From: Macrostomum hystrix
Taxonomy: Eukaryota; Animalia; Platyhelminthes
Reading direction: 5' to 3'
NCBI GenBank assembly: GCA_950097015.1
Contig: CATNEN010000005.1
Span: forward strand, 372,001 to 436,000
DNA: 64,000 bases
Shown: positions 40,356 through 54,800 of the stretch, piece by piece
Position numbering within the stretch: position 1 is the first letter of the stretch
How the letters are laid out: each line of letters starts with the position of its first letter
The notes under the pieces: model-generated
What the model was told of the DNA's origin: nothing
The model's database searches: none
What the model saw: only the letters and a program-made list of their open reading frames with translations
Made by a program: the position numbers and the translations under genes

Positions 40356-41871
40356 GGTGCATATTTTTGCGTTACTCAATAGCTTCAATGGGCGTGATGA
40401 TGACAGAAATCAAAAGCACACACGTTTTTTGTTTTGTAATTTGATTTCCTTTTTCAATAATCGATCAGCACCCACAGAGAAAGCTCAAATTTAATTATGA
40501 ATGCTTTAATTCAGCGGCTATCAACGAAATTCAACACATTCAGGACAACGGTTCATGGGGATTGTATTACAACGTGTGTAAAGATAACTGTAATGGGTTT
40601 ACTTATCGTCAACTTTTGTACGTAATTGATTTTAAAAGTTCTTTTAATTTGTAGGGACATGACGGATCGACATCCGTACGGACATTATATTTAAGCTGTT
40701 TTCTAAACTTATTATAATATCGCATTAATACACATTAATTAGGCCACTGCCGCCGCAACTCTTCTAAAAAGTTGCGTTTGTTTACAGAAACCGCTGTAAA
40801 ATGTACACGTACTAAAAAATTTATTATTGAGGACATATAATCGTTTATGCAACATAATTAGCATTTTGTCTTCTCCTGAACACGTTTTATAGGCGCTTTA
40901 CTACATAGCAGCATAAATTTATAACTTCCGTTGGACGTATTCTTTTGGATAAGTACAAGGCTTTGCAATCTTCCAGCAAACTAACGCTAACACACGTGTG
41001 GGTGAGAAAATCACTGATGCAATCAATAAAAATAGGCAGTTTAAGCCCCTCTTATAAAAATGAAAAGGTTTGACCTTTGAAAATCACTGCAAAAAAACAT
41101 GTTTTTCGAGTATTTAACCATCTTCCTTTTCGATTTAAACAAAGATCCACAAGTACAATAGTACAAGAATTTTCAATCAAATAAAATAAAGCAAGTTGGA
41201 AGCGATTTCGTGTTTTAGTGGTTTTGTACTTTTAATTAAAAGAAAACAACAGTAGTCATGTGTCTTTATCTCAACTGGCGTTAAAGAAAACATCTTGAAC
41301 TAAAAAAACACGCTGTGACAAAATAAAGCTGCAGTTTTGTGGGCTTGGGCTATAAACGAATAGATTATATAATTTTTTTTATTTTTAAACTGACTAAGAA
41401 AGGGGGCTGTGATGTGCACTACTAAAACTTATCGATCCGTTTCGGTGGATATTTCTTCCTTGCTTCATTCGGAGGTGTGTTGTGTGCTTTGTTGGCCCTC
41501 CTATTAAGTTGAAGTCGCGATAAACAACCCCACGCCGCAATCCAATTATATTGGCTGGAGCCTTAAGCACATCATCGGGGTTAGAAAAATGGGGTGGTGG
41601 GTTCTGGTGGCTCCCAACCCTTGTCCTTCAGTCCAGCCACGTTAATAAACCGATCAACTTTATAGGCATAGCCTAAACCTAAAGCAACGTTTAAGCTGGG
41701 GTGAGGTGGTGGGTGGACTTGGCGCGCACAAACTGAGAATTGAGAATCGCGTTTATATCTCTTGAGCTCAGCCCCTTATTTGTCAATTACAAAAGCCGCT
41801 GAACTAAGGCATTAGACTAGGCATTATTCCGCGACTGCCGCTTTAATTGTCGATAAAAAGTCGAAAACAAC

Positions 41872-44800
41872 ATGAACGAATCTAAGCTGTTGTCTTCTGA
41901 AGAAGACTGCCTTGATGGTCACCAAGAATCATTTCTGCACCGGTCATCGTCTGTAGAACTTGCCAGCAGTGCCGACCTTGTGCCAGATGATGACAGTAAA
42001 TTCTTTCTACTGGCTCCTGGGGCCGAAACACCCCTAGGCCTACCAAAGCCTCGCACTTCTTCTCTAGCCGACCTGCCGGATCCCGATGCCGCATCTGCAG
42101 CGACGGCGTTGCACAACAGCGACTGCCTGTTTGGAAGCACACCGCCGCCTGATGTGATCTCTTCTCATCGGCTGCACGAGCCAGACCCCAATGCATACTG
42201 CTGCGTGCCCGGCACTTCGTTCATCTTCGAATCTGTTCAAGACTCCATGCTGTGCAAGGCTGAGCCGTCCGCAATCACCGTGGACTGCACTTCGGGCCTG
42301 GACTCTTGGGCTGCCGCAGCGGTAGCCGCTAACCAGTATCTGCCTCGCATAGTTCAATCTCAAAGCATTCATCAACAAGCGTATCTGGCGCAACAGCAGC
42401 CGCAGCACCCCCAGCACATGCAGCATCATCCAATTTATCAGCATCATCAACAGCAGCAGCATCATGATGTTGTCTCAGTAGATCATCAGGCCAAGTTTGT
42501 TTTACAGCTGCCAAATTTGTCATCTAACATTGGCGTTGTGCCAGTTAGCAGCACTAATCACTGTGTGAGCCAAAACGGCTACGGTCATTTGATGGACGCG
42601 CCAAAGCGATCGCGAACCAACCTGACAGAGGAACAAAAACTGGAATTGGAGAAGACTTTTGTTAAATCGAAATATCCCGACTATCCCATTGTGGACGAGC
42701 TCAGTAGGTGCATCGGCCTGCCGTATAAGAAAGTTCTGGTGAGTTTTTAAGTATAATGGAAATTTATTATCAATTGCAAATGAATTAAGTAAAATAATTG
42801 CTTCGTTTATTAAGAATTGAAATTCGCCTCCATTAGACTATAAGCAGTCACTCTTATCTTCAAACCAAAACCCCTTTTTGTGATTTATCTATTGGTAGAC
42901 CTTAGGCTTAAGATAAGATAAGACAAAATGATGAAATCGTAGGACAGGCAGCTGAGATGCCGGGCGATGAGGAGAAACGGGATTTAGAAAACTGTAGGGA
43001 CTGAGGAAGAGAATCTAGGTAGCTGAGATGAAGGGACTGACGAGAGAGGCTGGATACGGCAGCTGAGATGAAGGGATTGAGAAAGAGAAGCTAGGTAGCT
43101 GAGGTGAAGGGACTGAGAAAGAGAATCTACGTAGCTGAGATGAAGGGACTGAGAAAGAGAATCTAGGTAGCTGAGATGAAGGGACTAAGAAAGAAGATCT
43201 AGGTAGCTGAGATGAAGGGACTGAGAAAGAGGATCTAGGTAGCTGAGATGAAGGGATTGAGCAAAAGGATCTAGGCAGCTGAGATGAAGGGACTGAGAAA
43301 GAGGATCTAGGCAGCTGAGATGAAGGGACTGAGAAAGAGGATCTAGGCAGCTGAGTTGAAGGGACTGAGAAAGAGAATCTAGGTAGCTGAGATGAAGGGA
43401 CTGAGAAAGAGAATCTAGGTAGCTGAGATGAAGGGACTAAGAAAGAAGATCTAGGTAGCTGAGATGAAGGGACTAAGAAAGAAGATCTAGGTAGCTGAGA
43501 TGAAGGAACTGAGGAAGAGAAGCTATGTAGCTGAGATGAAGGGACTGAGAAAGAGGATCTAGGTAGCTGAGATGAAGGGACTAAGAAAGAGGATCTAGGT
43601 AGCCGAGATGAAGGGACTGAGAAAGAGGATCTAGGTAGCTGAGGTGAAGGGACTGAGGAAGAGAAGCTAGGTAGCTGAGGTGAAGGGACTGAGGAAGAGG
43701 ATCTAGGTAGCCGAGATGAAGGGACTGAGAAAGAGGATCTAGGTAGCTGAGATGAAGGGACTGAGGAAGAGAATCTAGGCAGCTGAGATGAAGGGACTGA
43801 GAAAGAGAAGCTAGGTAGCTGAGATGAAGGGACTGAGAAAGAGGATCTAGGTAACTGAGATGAAGGAAGAGAAGCTAGGTAGCTGAGATGAAGGAAGAGA
43901 AGCTAGGTAGCTGAGGTGAAGGAAGAGAAGCTAGGTAGCTGAGATGAACGAAGAGAAGCTAGGTAGCTGAGATGAACGAAGAGAAGCTAGGTAGCTGAGA
44001 TGAACGAAGAGAAGCTAGGTAGCTGAGATGAACGAAGAGAAGCTAGGTAGCTGAGATGAACGAAGAGAAGCTAGGTAGCTGAGATGAACGAAGAGAAGCT
44101 AGGTAGCTGAGATGAACGAAGAGAAGCTAGGTAGCTGAGATGAACGAAGAGAAGCTAGGTAGCTGAGATCAAGGGACTGAGAAAGAGGATCTAGGTAGCT
44201 GAGATGAACGAAGAGAATCTAGGTATCTGAGATGAAGGGACTGAGGAAGAGAATCTAGGTAGCTGAGATGAAGGGACTGAGGAAGAGAATCTAGGTAGCT
44301 GAGATGAAGGGACTGAGGAAGATAATCTAGGTAGCTGAGATGAAGGGACTGAGGAAGAGAGGCCGGATACGGCAGCTGAGATAAAGGGACTGAGGAAGAG
44401 GCCGGATACGGCAGCTGAGATAAAGGGACTGAGGAAGAGAGGCCGGATACGGCAGCTGAGATAAAGGGACTGAGGAAGAGGCCGGATACGGCAGCTGAGA
44501 TAAAGGGACTGAGGAAGAGAGGCCGGATACGGCAGCTGAGATAAAGGGACTGAGGAAGAGTTACTGAACTACTGTAAAATTCTGGCAAGTTACTAATGTG
44601 CTACATTTGATTGTTTTCTGTTTTCTAATTTCACCTAATTCATTATCTGCTGGGACAGGTGTGGTTCAAGAATCGGCGTGCCAAAGAGAAGCGCACCCAC
44701 AAGGCCGATTTTGATCCCTGCTCAATTGAGCACATGCACCAGCATCAGCAGCACCTTCATCAGCAGCGTAAGAGCTTCGGTTCTAACGGCTCCAGCTCTG

Positions 44801-45402
44801 TTGTCAGCGAAGCCTCAACGTCAGCCGCCTCGCTGTCAGCTTTCAACGCAGCAGTTGCCGCCGCTGCGGCCGCCGCAGTTACTGCTACTCAGCAGCAGAA
44901 TCCAATCTCGCAGTTTCCCTACGCTCAATACTCTATGCGCAAGCGTCTTCTGCCGCCAACTGCTCAGCAACAGCAGCAGCAACAGCAGCAGCAGCAGCTC
45001 ACGGAGCTACACGAGTCTTCGCTGCTTCACCACCAGCCGATAACCATTGCAACTAACGGAGCTACGATTCATTATCAACAGCAGCTGCCAGTGGCACCTG
45101 CCGCAGCCACCTACTGGATCGAGCGATCCGATTTGTCTTCGAGTCTCTATCACTATCATCATTATCATCCGTTTCCGCTGCTGCCGGCTCCGCATCCGCC
45201 GCCACCGCTGCCACCGCCGCAGCCACCGTGTCGACAGTCTGCAGCGCAGCCTCGAGGGCATCCTGGCTTTGCCTACTCGGGCGAGAACATCGCCACCCAG
45301 ACTTCGCCGCCGATAATGATGTTGGATGATTTTAGCGACCGAGTTGTTGAAGATGCCGATGCAGTGTTCGGCCTTGATGATGGCGCGCATATCTCCTTGT
45401 AG
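41872..45402 (+). CDS. Divergent PRD-class K50 homeobox transcription factor (Gsc/Dmbx/Pitx-like)
   Basis: Exons 41872-42738 and 44659-45402; homeodomain PKRSRTNLTEEQKLELEKTFVKSKYPDYPIVDELSRCIGLPYKKVL|VWFKNRRAKEKR; intron at the PRD-class 46/47 position; polyQ/polyA/polyP flanks. Confidence 0.9.
42950..44550. repeat. 36-bp/28-bp minisatellite filling the homeobox intron
   Basis: AGCTGAGATGAAGGGACTGAGAAAGAGGATCTAGGT, with a 28-bp deletion-variant block at about 43860-44165. Confidence 0.95.
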
Positions 45403-46247
45403 GCGGGGCGTGTGTTCTTCTGCAAGACATATTTAATTGTGTCTTCCTAATTTGGGATAATTATGCCGGCCTAGTGCATCGAATATTCATTTTATTTTCT
45501 ATCATGCATACACGTAGGTTGTGTTAAGTTCAATTTAGTTTCTTTATTCTTATCTTAGATTAAAGCAACAAAAGAATGCTATTATATATTACTTTATAGT
45601 TCAATTTCAGGCTTTATGACAAATGACAGCTAGGCTTATTGTCAGTCTGTTTTGTGTGCTGCTATACGCTTGTTAGCTCGGATAGTTCCCTGCTACGCAA
45701 TGAGCTTATCATTAATGAATTTATTGTCGTTTTGGATTAGAAAAAAAACTTTAAGATTTGTGAGTCAAGAATTTTTCTGTGGCTCTTTTTTTGATTAAAC
45801 TTCAGTTTTGTTATGCCTTTTAATTTTGCCACTGAATGGGACCCTGAGTCGGTCAGAGGGAAATCTGAAAACCTGGAGCATTTAGATGGTGCATTAAGCT
45901 CCCATCAATTTAGACAAATGGAAGCACAAATTATTCAGATGGATGTACACCATATTCTGACAGCAGAACAAAACCTAAAACCAGACAGATGGACACCTAA
46001 TAATTTACAAAGATTGACTCTGCTACTGCAAATTGCAGACCCTTGCAATCATAGCGAACAGACAAGCAAAATTCCCTTGGGTGTGCTTTCGGCGACCATT
46101 AAGAAAATCCGTTATTTAAAACTGTGACTGTGAATGTCATGTCTCTCGACTCATGTGCAAACTATACAGTTGTGTACATGTCGGGCTTCAATACAGTTTT
46201 TTTCTGCTACGATTTGTAGCTTGGAGAGTAAGAAACAGTACTGTGTT

Positions 46248-46720
46248 GGGTCCCAGGTCATTTCGGTGACAAGACATTTCGGTGACAGTCATTTCGGTGA
46301 CAACTCAAGTCATTTCAGTGACATAATTAGTCAGATTGGTGACAATTCTATTTTTGCACCTAAATATGCTAAAAAACAGCCTTCCATTTTAACTATGCAC
46401 ACTTATAAAGTATTAATTAAATAATGCTATAAGTATTAGGCCTAATAAGAAGCTGCATCGCTCTGATTAAGTCTGGGTTTTACTTTAAATGAGTTAAATT
46501 ATAAATTATTTAATGAGTAGTCAATAGTTTCAATAGTTATTCGTTCCTAATTAAATGTGTATAAAAATCATTTTTCAAGTTTTGGATTGACAAGGCAAGT
46601 GCAGGCTTTAAGCAGCTGCTGGATCGTGGAAGGCTGTTTTCTCAGCATATTTAGGTGCAAAAATAGTTGTCAACGAACTGACCAATTCTGTCACCGAAAT
46701 AACTGTCACAAATAACAGTC
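46248..46720. mobile_element. MITE-like element with long imperfect TIRs and subterminal ATTTCGGTGACA repeats
   Basis: 46330-46386 (..TTTTTGCACCTAAATATGCT..AACAGCCTTCCA) is inverted at 46627-46720; tandem CATTTCGGTGACA motifs. Confidence 0.7.
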
Positions 46721-48801
46721 AAACAACATACTTCTGAATCCAACAATCCTTTGAAAATAAAAGCAAAAAGAGATGTGTCGGGAATCTTATTTAGTTGCAC
46801 TAGCTTTAGAGTTAGGCCTAGGCAAAGATAAAAAGTTTTTGTTATAAATTTTGCCTATTTTCCTAGAACGAATGAAAAAATACTTATACTTTATTAGAGA
46901 AGTTACTTAGAGTTCGACTAGGCCTAGTACTAGTAGGTGCCTTAACCAAATAAAAAAACGGAAAAATGCACAAAGGCTAAAAATCAAAGCAAAATATTTT
47001 CTGGGTGACCAATATATATATGCAATTGTATTCGATTCGATGACGTATAGCGACAGGGCCTAAATTCCTAATCTCTATGTTTTAATTTAATTGGGCGTAC
47101 CCGCTAGCATGCCTAGCTAGCTAGTACTAATAGCCTACCACCCTAGCTTGGTCTAGCTAGCCTAATAGTAAAATGAAAGCGGGTGTAGAGTTATTAGAGA
47201 TATGTCTAGGTCTACTAGGTCAACTAGCTTGTTTAACCATTACTCGTATATATCAATAAAACATGATAGGCCTAAGGAAATTCACTGTTATTTACCTAAT
47301 TTAGGGGACCTGACTTTTTAGGCCTAATCATATCCTTAGCTATTGGTTTTAAACTTCAATTTCGCCTGGTGACTCTCTGGCTGGCATTAGTAACTTTGAT
47401 TTCAGGGCTGAGGGGTGAGGGCCGAGGGGGGATACTTGTGTATACTTGATTAGTAACTTCAATTTCATCCAGGATACCAGTCTGCCCAAGCTAGAGTAAA
47501 TCTATTTCACAAAAAGTAACTACTATTTTGTCTCTCTAGCATACTGATTTGTGTTTGCACCCACTCTCACTCTGCAAAATATAGACTTTGTCCTTGCCTT
47601 TGATCTTTGCCAACACTACCAGAAACTCTGCTACAATGCAATTATAATAATTGATTTATGATTTATGACCCTATATTAATGTCACAGAATCAGCAAATTG
47701 GATAGCCTCAACATTTTTACATCTAGCTGCTCTTGAAGCTCCAATCTTATCATAGTATAATCTAGTATAAGGCCCTAGTATAATCTATTTAATAAAAATA
47801 TTATATATTTATAGCAAATGAGATCTCTAAATCATGTCACAGAACTTTGCCGAAGTCACAGAAATTACAGAAATGTGCCAGCAACAACATTTTCTTCTGA
47901 CGATGGAATCATCACATTTGCTTCTGTCAATGTTTTTAGCAAACATTTTTTGTCAATTTTAATTATAGTGTTTATCTATAGCTTCCAATAGCATATTTAA
48001 ATTTTTTTAAATTTAATTGGCAGTTTCATATTTCTACAAAGGTTTTAGAATGTACCTAAAATTGTACTTTTTCTCAAGGTAAGCAAATCAAAAGAAATTG
48101 TTTACCCTCTAAGAAAACTATACATATAGCCAACAAATTTTTGCTAGGGTACACACTTTTGTGGTATTGTAGGGTAGGCTAGCATCCCTAGACACTTGAG
48201 TTATAGACATAATAGGTAGTCTTATCAGCCTATTATTCAATAGATATGAGATAAAATAAGAATTTCTAGGTGTTGTGATAAGTTAGAATCAAAATAATAT
48301 TAATTATATTTTATATCAGAAATTTAAATTTCAGATTTGAAGTTTGAACCAAGGGTAAAGCTAGCAAATATTTTTTCTGACCAACCCTTTGCTAAATAGA
48401 AATTTAGAATATGAAATTTGGTGTTGTGGTAAGGTTCTTTTAGAGAATTAAGTTTGATGATTAATTTGATTGCTAGGTAAACTTATGTGCCAGGCTAAGT
48501 AATATATTGTCATTGTTTGTGCAATCTACCTCTTATCATGGCAATAATAAAATTTTACATGAGTTTTAATTAAATGACAGCCCTTTTGAAATATTTGCTG
48601 TCTAAATATTTGGATACATTTGTGCCACAAATGTCTTATATTCACAGCTAATTATTAGTAAAAAAAATTTCTCCTTAATTTTTCTAGCATTTAACTAACC
48701 ATTTTATTCAAAGGTCTTCAATCATAAATAGACAACTCAGAAAATTGCTTGCAATAAGCTACAACAGTAAGAATCAGAAGTAAATAAAAAAACTGATAAT
48801 T

Positions 48802-51800
48802 ATGGCTGTAAGTCAGCCAGTAATCCAGACAAATAATGCTGGCCTACTTGGCTTCTTTGATGGCACTGAATCATCGTCAGCTGGTGGTACAGCCACAGCT
48901 GCACTAGCTGCTGACCTTGGGCCAGCATTGTCAGTAGTGCTCGGAGATCAAGATAATGGCAGTGTCGGCTTTGAAGAGCTGTCACACAGAGGTGTCAAGT
49001 AAGTAGCAGTTACTTCTCTTGTACAGGCACAGGTACAGTTGACATATTCTTAACTCTCTCCTATTACATCATAACGCATATTTAGTCGGATTCACGTGCA
49101 ACGGATATCAAACAGACTGGATGAAGATGATATTAATTATCGATTGCATCATCTGCCCTGGGTGGCACTAACTGAATCAGACGCGCACGTCCTAGAATCA
49201 ACATTGGTATCGTTGAAATCGCGTTTATGCGCCAATGTACTGTCTGGCGCCAGATTCTTTAAAGATGTTCTAGCCAGAGATTTTCCAGCCGAAGTGTTTC
49301 TTCAACGAAGCGGATTGCTTGCCTGTTTAATTGGCCTAGCAGCTGGTGGCAGCGGGGGAAAAGAGAATTCCACAGAACTGATTGCGGCTGAAATGGCTGT
49401 CGATGCTTTGCTGTTGTTTAGCGATCGACTAGCTGAACGAATCAGACAGGTCTGCCTGAGTTATTGATTTCAAAAGTTTGTTGTTACATCAGCTTGTTTG
49501 TACTAGATCTATCTTAGGTTTACCTTTAGATTTCAGTTGTTTATCCGCGGGATTTAACAAAAAGGTATTAGATTTCATTTAATAATCAGTCTAGATTTCA
49601 TTCAGCAATCATTCTAGATTTCATTCATTCAGCAATCAGTCTAGATTTCATTCAGCAATCAGTCTAGATTTCATTCAGCAATCAGTCTAGATTTCATTCA
49701 GCAATCAGTCTAGATTTCATTCAGCAATCAGTCTAGATTTCATTCAGCAATCAGTCTAGGTTTCATTCAGCAATCAGTCTAGATTTCATTCAGCAGTCAG
49801 TCTAGATTTCATTCAGTCAGCAATCAGTCTAGATTTCATTCAGCAATCAGTCTAGATTTCATTCAGTCAGCAATCAGTCTAGATTTCATTCAGCAATCAG
49901 TCTAGATTTCATTCAGCAATCAGTCTAGATTTCATTCAGCAATCAGTCTAGATTTCATTCAGCAATCAGTCTAGATTTCATTCAGCAATCAGTCTAGGTT
50001 TCATTCAGCAATCAGTCTAGATTTCATTCAGCAATCAGTCTAGGTTTCATTCAGCAATCAGTCTAGATTTCATTCAGCAGTCAGTCTAGATTTCATTCAG
50101 TCAGCAATCAGTCTAGATTTCATTCAGCAATCAGTCTAGATTTCATTCAGTCAGCAATCAGTCTAGATTTCATTCAGCAATCAGTCTAGATTTTATTCAG
50201 CAATCAGTCTAGATTTCATTCAGCAATCAGTCTAGGTTTCATTCAGCAATCAGTCTAGATTTCATTCAGCAATCAGTCTAGGTTTCATTCAGCAATCAGT
50301 CTAGATTTCATTCAGCAATCAGTCTAGATTTCATTCAGCAATCAGTCTAGATTTCATTCAGCTATCAGGTCTTCTAGATTGCATTCAGCAATCAGTCTAG
50401 ATTGCATTCAGCAGTCAGTCTAGATTGCATTCAGCAGTCAGTCTAGATTGCATTCAGCAATCAGTTTAGTTTTGACTGCTTGCCAATCCACCCAGGCTCT
50501 GGATCCTGACTGTCACGTCCCACCGTCAGCGTTCCTATCTCGACGAAAGAATGAGCATTGTGAAACGGCTGCGGCGGGTGTCGACGAAGAAGAAGACAAT
50601 GGCAGCGCTGCCGATGAAGCCGAAGAAGAATTTGACCAGTACAATGACGAACTACTAACAGTAGACTCTGAGCTGCAATGGTCAGTGCCCAGGTGCGCTA
50701 TTGAACTAACCAGCGTGGCCATTAGTTGGCTAGGTCGAACATCGACTCCTAGTCTTGTGGAAGCTGAGCCTAATTCTACTAGACCTAGCCATTCGTCGTC
50801 CTCTTCACCGTCAACTCGTCGCCTACAATTAGCCCTAGCCGGGGCTCGCCTATTAACAATGTGCCTACCAAATTCATCGAATGCGTCAAATTATTCAACA
50901 ATGATCCTGTCCGATCGCCTTGTTGGCCTTTTAGATTTGTGGTCTATTGTGCTTTATCAGCGTAGTATGCGAGACGAAGTAGCTGCGCCAGCTAGTGTGG
51001 CATTGGCCTGGCGTAGAATCTATGCGGCCCTATTGCCAGCCCTTATAGACATTGCTGCCCGTCTAGTGTCCAATACCAATGGTGGCTGCGTCAGCGAAGT
51101 AGTTTGGCAACGCCTGCCACGTTCAATGCGTCAGGAACTGTCCGAGGTGTGCAGATGCGAGGCTAGCCTATTGGGCCTGTCCAATCATCGCAGGCGTCAA
51201 TTATTAAGCCTATTGACAGCGTCTAGCTTAGGATTGGCCACTAGCGATTGTCTAGTTGAACGGCGTCAATTGGACACTCTGGCCGTGGCTATGTCTGCCG
51301 TTTGTCGTTTCCTTCGCCGGGCTCCGTTGGCTACGAATGCGGAACTAATAGAATTGCTGGAAGTGTCCGCGCCATTGGCCCTGCCGGCTGTTGGTGTGGC
51401 TGGCTGTGTTGGCTTTGTTGTCCAATTTGTACAGGCCTATTCTAGAGCTGTTGCTAATTTCATTGGCGACGATGCGTTCTCGTGTACTGCCGGACGCAAT
51501 GTACTATTAGGCCTGTTGGCTCACAAGCAGGCCACGCTGCGTAAGCGAGCCTATGCTACTTGTCTGTTTGTACTTCAGACTGCCCTGTCTGTTGATGCCG
51601 CTCTTCAACCGGGAAGCTGCGAATTTCGTCGTGCCAGATTTCTGCTAGATAGGGATGTTCTGTATCAGGTAAGTAATGAATACATAGCTTTTGTTAAAAT
51701 TATTAATGTTTTTTTAACGGGAAGGCAAAATAAAAAAACGCTTGTTATACTACTGCACAACCACCCTCAATTACCCCAGCTAATGTTGGTACCCATTAAA

Positions 51801-54800
51801 CAACAGTTTGAGAGTTGGGAATCGAACCCCCGACCTTCAAGTCGTAAGACCGATGCTTTAACCACTAGGCTACTAGCCCCAAGACATTATACAAATTTAA
51901 ACTAGTGCTTGCAATGCAATAGATCAATTGCCCTAGACTATAAGCCAATACAAGTCATGGAATTAGGGGGTTGGACCATAGACAATAGAAATTAACTTGC
52001 TACCTAAGTAATAGAAGTATAAAAGTATATTTATCTAGTATTTTTACGTATAGCATCAATAATTGTTCATCACTATATCAATGTCCATATATACTTGCAA
52101 TCTTATTACATAATAATTTCAGATTTCAATGTTCGGCCTAGATTCTGACGGGCCGCCTGAAGTCCGCGAGATGGCTCAGGAGCTGCTGTGTCGTGTGCTA
52201 GAATCCAGGCCCTATACAGATGCTGATACTTGGCGTAAAGTTGTTGATACTTGCCTGCTAGTTCTGCCAGCGTTGCAGGTTAATATTTTTGCGCGTTTTA
52301 ACGTCTTATAAAGAAATTTGATAGCTGTTTATAAGGCCTCAATGAATGTAGTTAGAGGGATGTTTAACGCCAATGTCCCCGGGATTGCATCCTCCATCAA
52401 TGGATTTCACTTCACTAATTATCATATTCCATAAAATAAAAAAATCCTCATATTCCATAATCTTTAAATTTCATAATCCTTGGATTTCATTATCCTTGGA
52501 TTTCATTATCCTTGGATTTCATTATCCTAGGGTTTTATAATCTTTGGATTTCATAATCTTTGGATTTCATAATCTTTGGATTTCATAATCTTTGGATTTC
52601 ATTATCCTTGGATTTCATTATCCTTGGATTTCATTATCCTTGGATTTGATTATCCTTGGATTTCATTATCCTTGGGTTTTATAATCTTTGGATTTCATTA
52701 TCCTTGGATTTTATTATCCTTGGATTTCATTATCCTTGGATTTCATTATCCTTGGATTTGATTATCCTTGGATTTCATTATCCTTGGATTTGATTATCCT
52801 TGGATTTCATTATCCTTGGGTTTTATAATCTTTGGATTTCATTATCCTTGGATTTCATTATCCTTGGATTTCATTATCCTTGGATTTCATTATCCTAGGG
52901 TTTTATAATCTTTGGATTTCATAATCTTTGGATTTCATAATCTTTGGATTTCATAATCTTTGGATTTCATTATCCTTGGATTTCATTATCCTTGGATTTC
53001 ATTATCCTTGGATTTGATTATCCTTGGATTTCATTATCCTTGGGTTTTATAATCTTTGGATTTCATTATCCTTGGATTTCATTATCCTTGGGTTTTATAA
53101 TCTTTGGATTTAATAATCTTTGGATTTCATAATCTTTGGATTTCATAATCTTTGGATTTCATTATCCTTGGATTTCATTATCCTTGGATTTCATTATCCT
53201 TGGATTTGATTATCCTTGGATTTCATTATCCTTGGGTTTTATAATCTTTGGATTTGATTATCCTTGGATTTCATTATCCTAGGGTTTTATAATCTTTGCT
53301 TTTCATTATCCTTGGATTTCATTATCCTTGGATTTAATTATCCTTGGATTTCATAATCTTTGGATTTCATTATCCTTGGGTTTTATAATCTTTGGATTTC
53401 ATAATCTTTGGATTTCATAATCTTTAGATTTCATTATCCTTTGATTTCATTATCCATTGATTTCATTATCCTTGGATTTCATTATCCTAGGGTTTTATAA
53501 TCTTTGGATTTCATTATCCTTGGATTTCATTATCCTTGGATTTCATTATCCTTGGATTTAATTATCCTTGGATTTCATAATCTTTGGATTTCATTATCCT
53601 AGGGTTTTATAATCTTTGGATTTCATAATCTTTAGATTTCATTATCCTTTGATTTCATTATCCTTTGATTTCATTATCCTTGGATTTCATTATCCTTGGA
53701 TTTTGTTATCCTTGGATTTCATAATCTTTGAATTTCATTATCCTTGAATTTCATTATCCTTGAATTTCATTATCCTTGAATTTCATTATCCTTGAATTTC
53801 ATTATCTTTGAATTTCATTATCCTTGAATTTCATTATCCTTGAATTTCATTATCCTTGAATTTCATTATCCTTGAATTTCATTATCTTTGAATTTCATTA
53901 TCCTTGAATTTCATTATCCTTGAATTTCATTATCCTTGAATTTCATTATCTTTGAATTTCATAATCCTTGGATTTCATTATCCTTGGGTTTTATAATCTA
54001 TGGATTTCATTATCCTTGGGTTTTCATAATCTATGGATTTCATATTCCTTAGATTTCAAAATCTCCTAATTTTATTGTCTCTAAATTCCATAATCCTAAA
54101 CTTCCTATCACAAACTCTGACAAGATCTTTCGCCGGATATCAAAAAGTTCTTACTAAGTTCTATTTGGTGGATAAGCAGATATCAAGTTAGTTTCCTGGT
54201 TTAGAAATTATAAAGCTTGAGGTTCAGTGTTTTATGTAAATGCGGTAATGCGGTTCTTGATTAATTTTTCTTAAGTTTTATTTAATCTGAAGTTAATGCG
54301 TTTTTTAATGCTTCCAGTTCTAGAGAGTTTCGCGGATTTGAATCTAATAAAAAACTAGACCGAAAAGCCTAATATCTTTAGCTTCACTATATCCGATATG
54401 TTGCGAAAAAACCCTAAATGCATAATTTTCTCCAGGCTCACACTGACCTAGAAACCGGATTCGGTCGCTGTCTGCTATCGTTCTGCGGCACCAAATCGGG
54501 TCCCATAGCCGATGCCATGTCTAGGCTGCAAAGAATGCGAGCCTGCCTACGTCTGCTCTACTCGCCAGATGTCGACGTGCGTCGCGAGGGCATAGCCAGG
54601 GCCTGTACATTTTTAACCGCAGAAACCGATTCCGATGCTAAACAGCCGGTATTTCTCGATGTCAATCTAAAGCACATGATGAACCTAGTCTATGTTGACC
54701 AGCAGGCTAGACAATTGGAGTGCCCTTCCACACTGGAGCCAACTACGCAAATCGACGGATTGAATAAAGTCTACGAGATATTTCGACGCAGCCAAGCAGA

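Noticed and set aside
45813-46127. 104-aa ORF between the homeobox gene and rotatin
   Set aside because: No recognisable domain or splice context; could be a decayed fragment, but cannot be supported
51805-51880. tRNA-Val(TAC)-like gene
   Set aside because: Acceptor and anticodon stems do not pair and it continues into a SINE body; the same applies at 55268 and 59815
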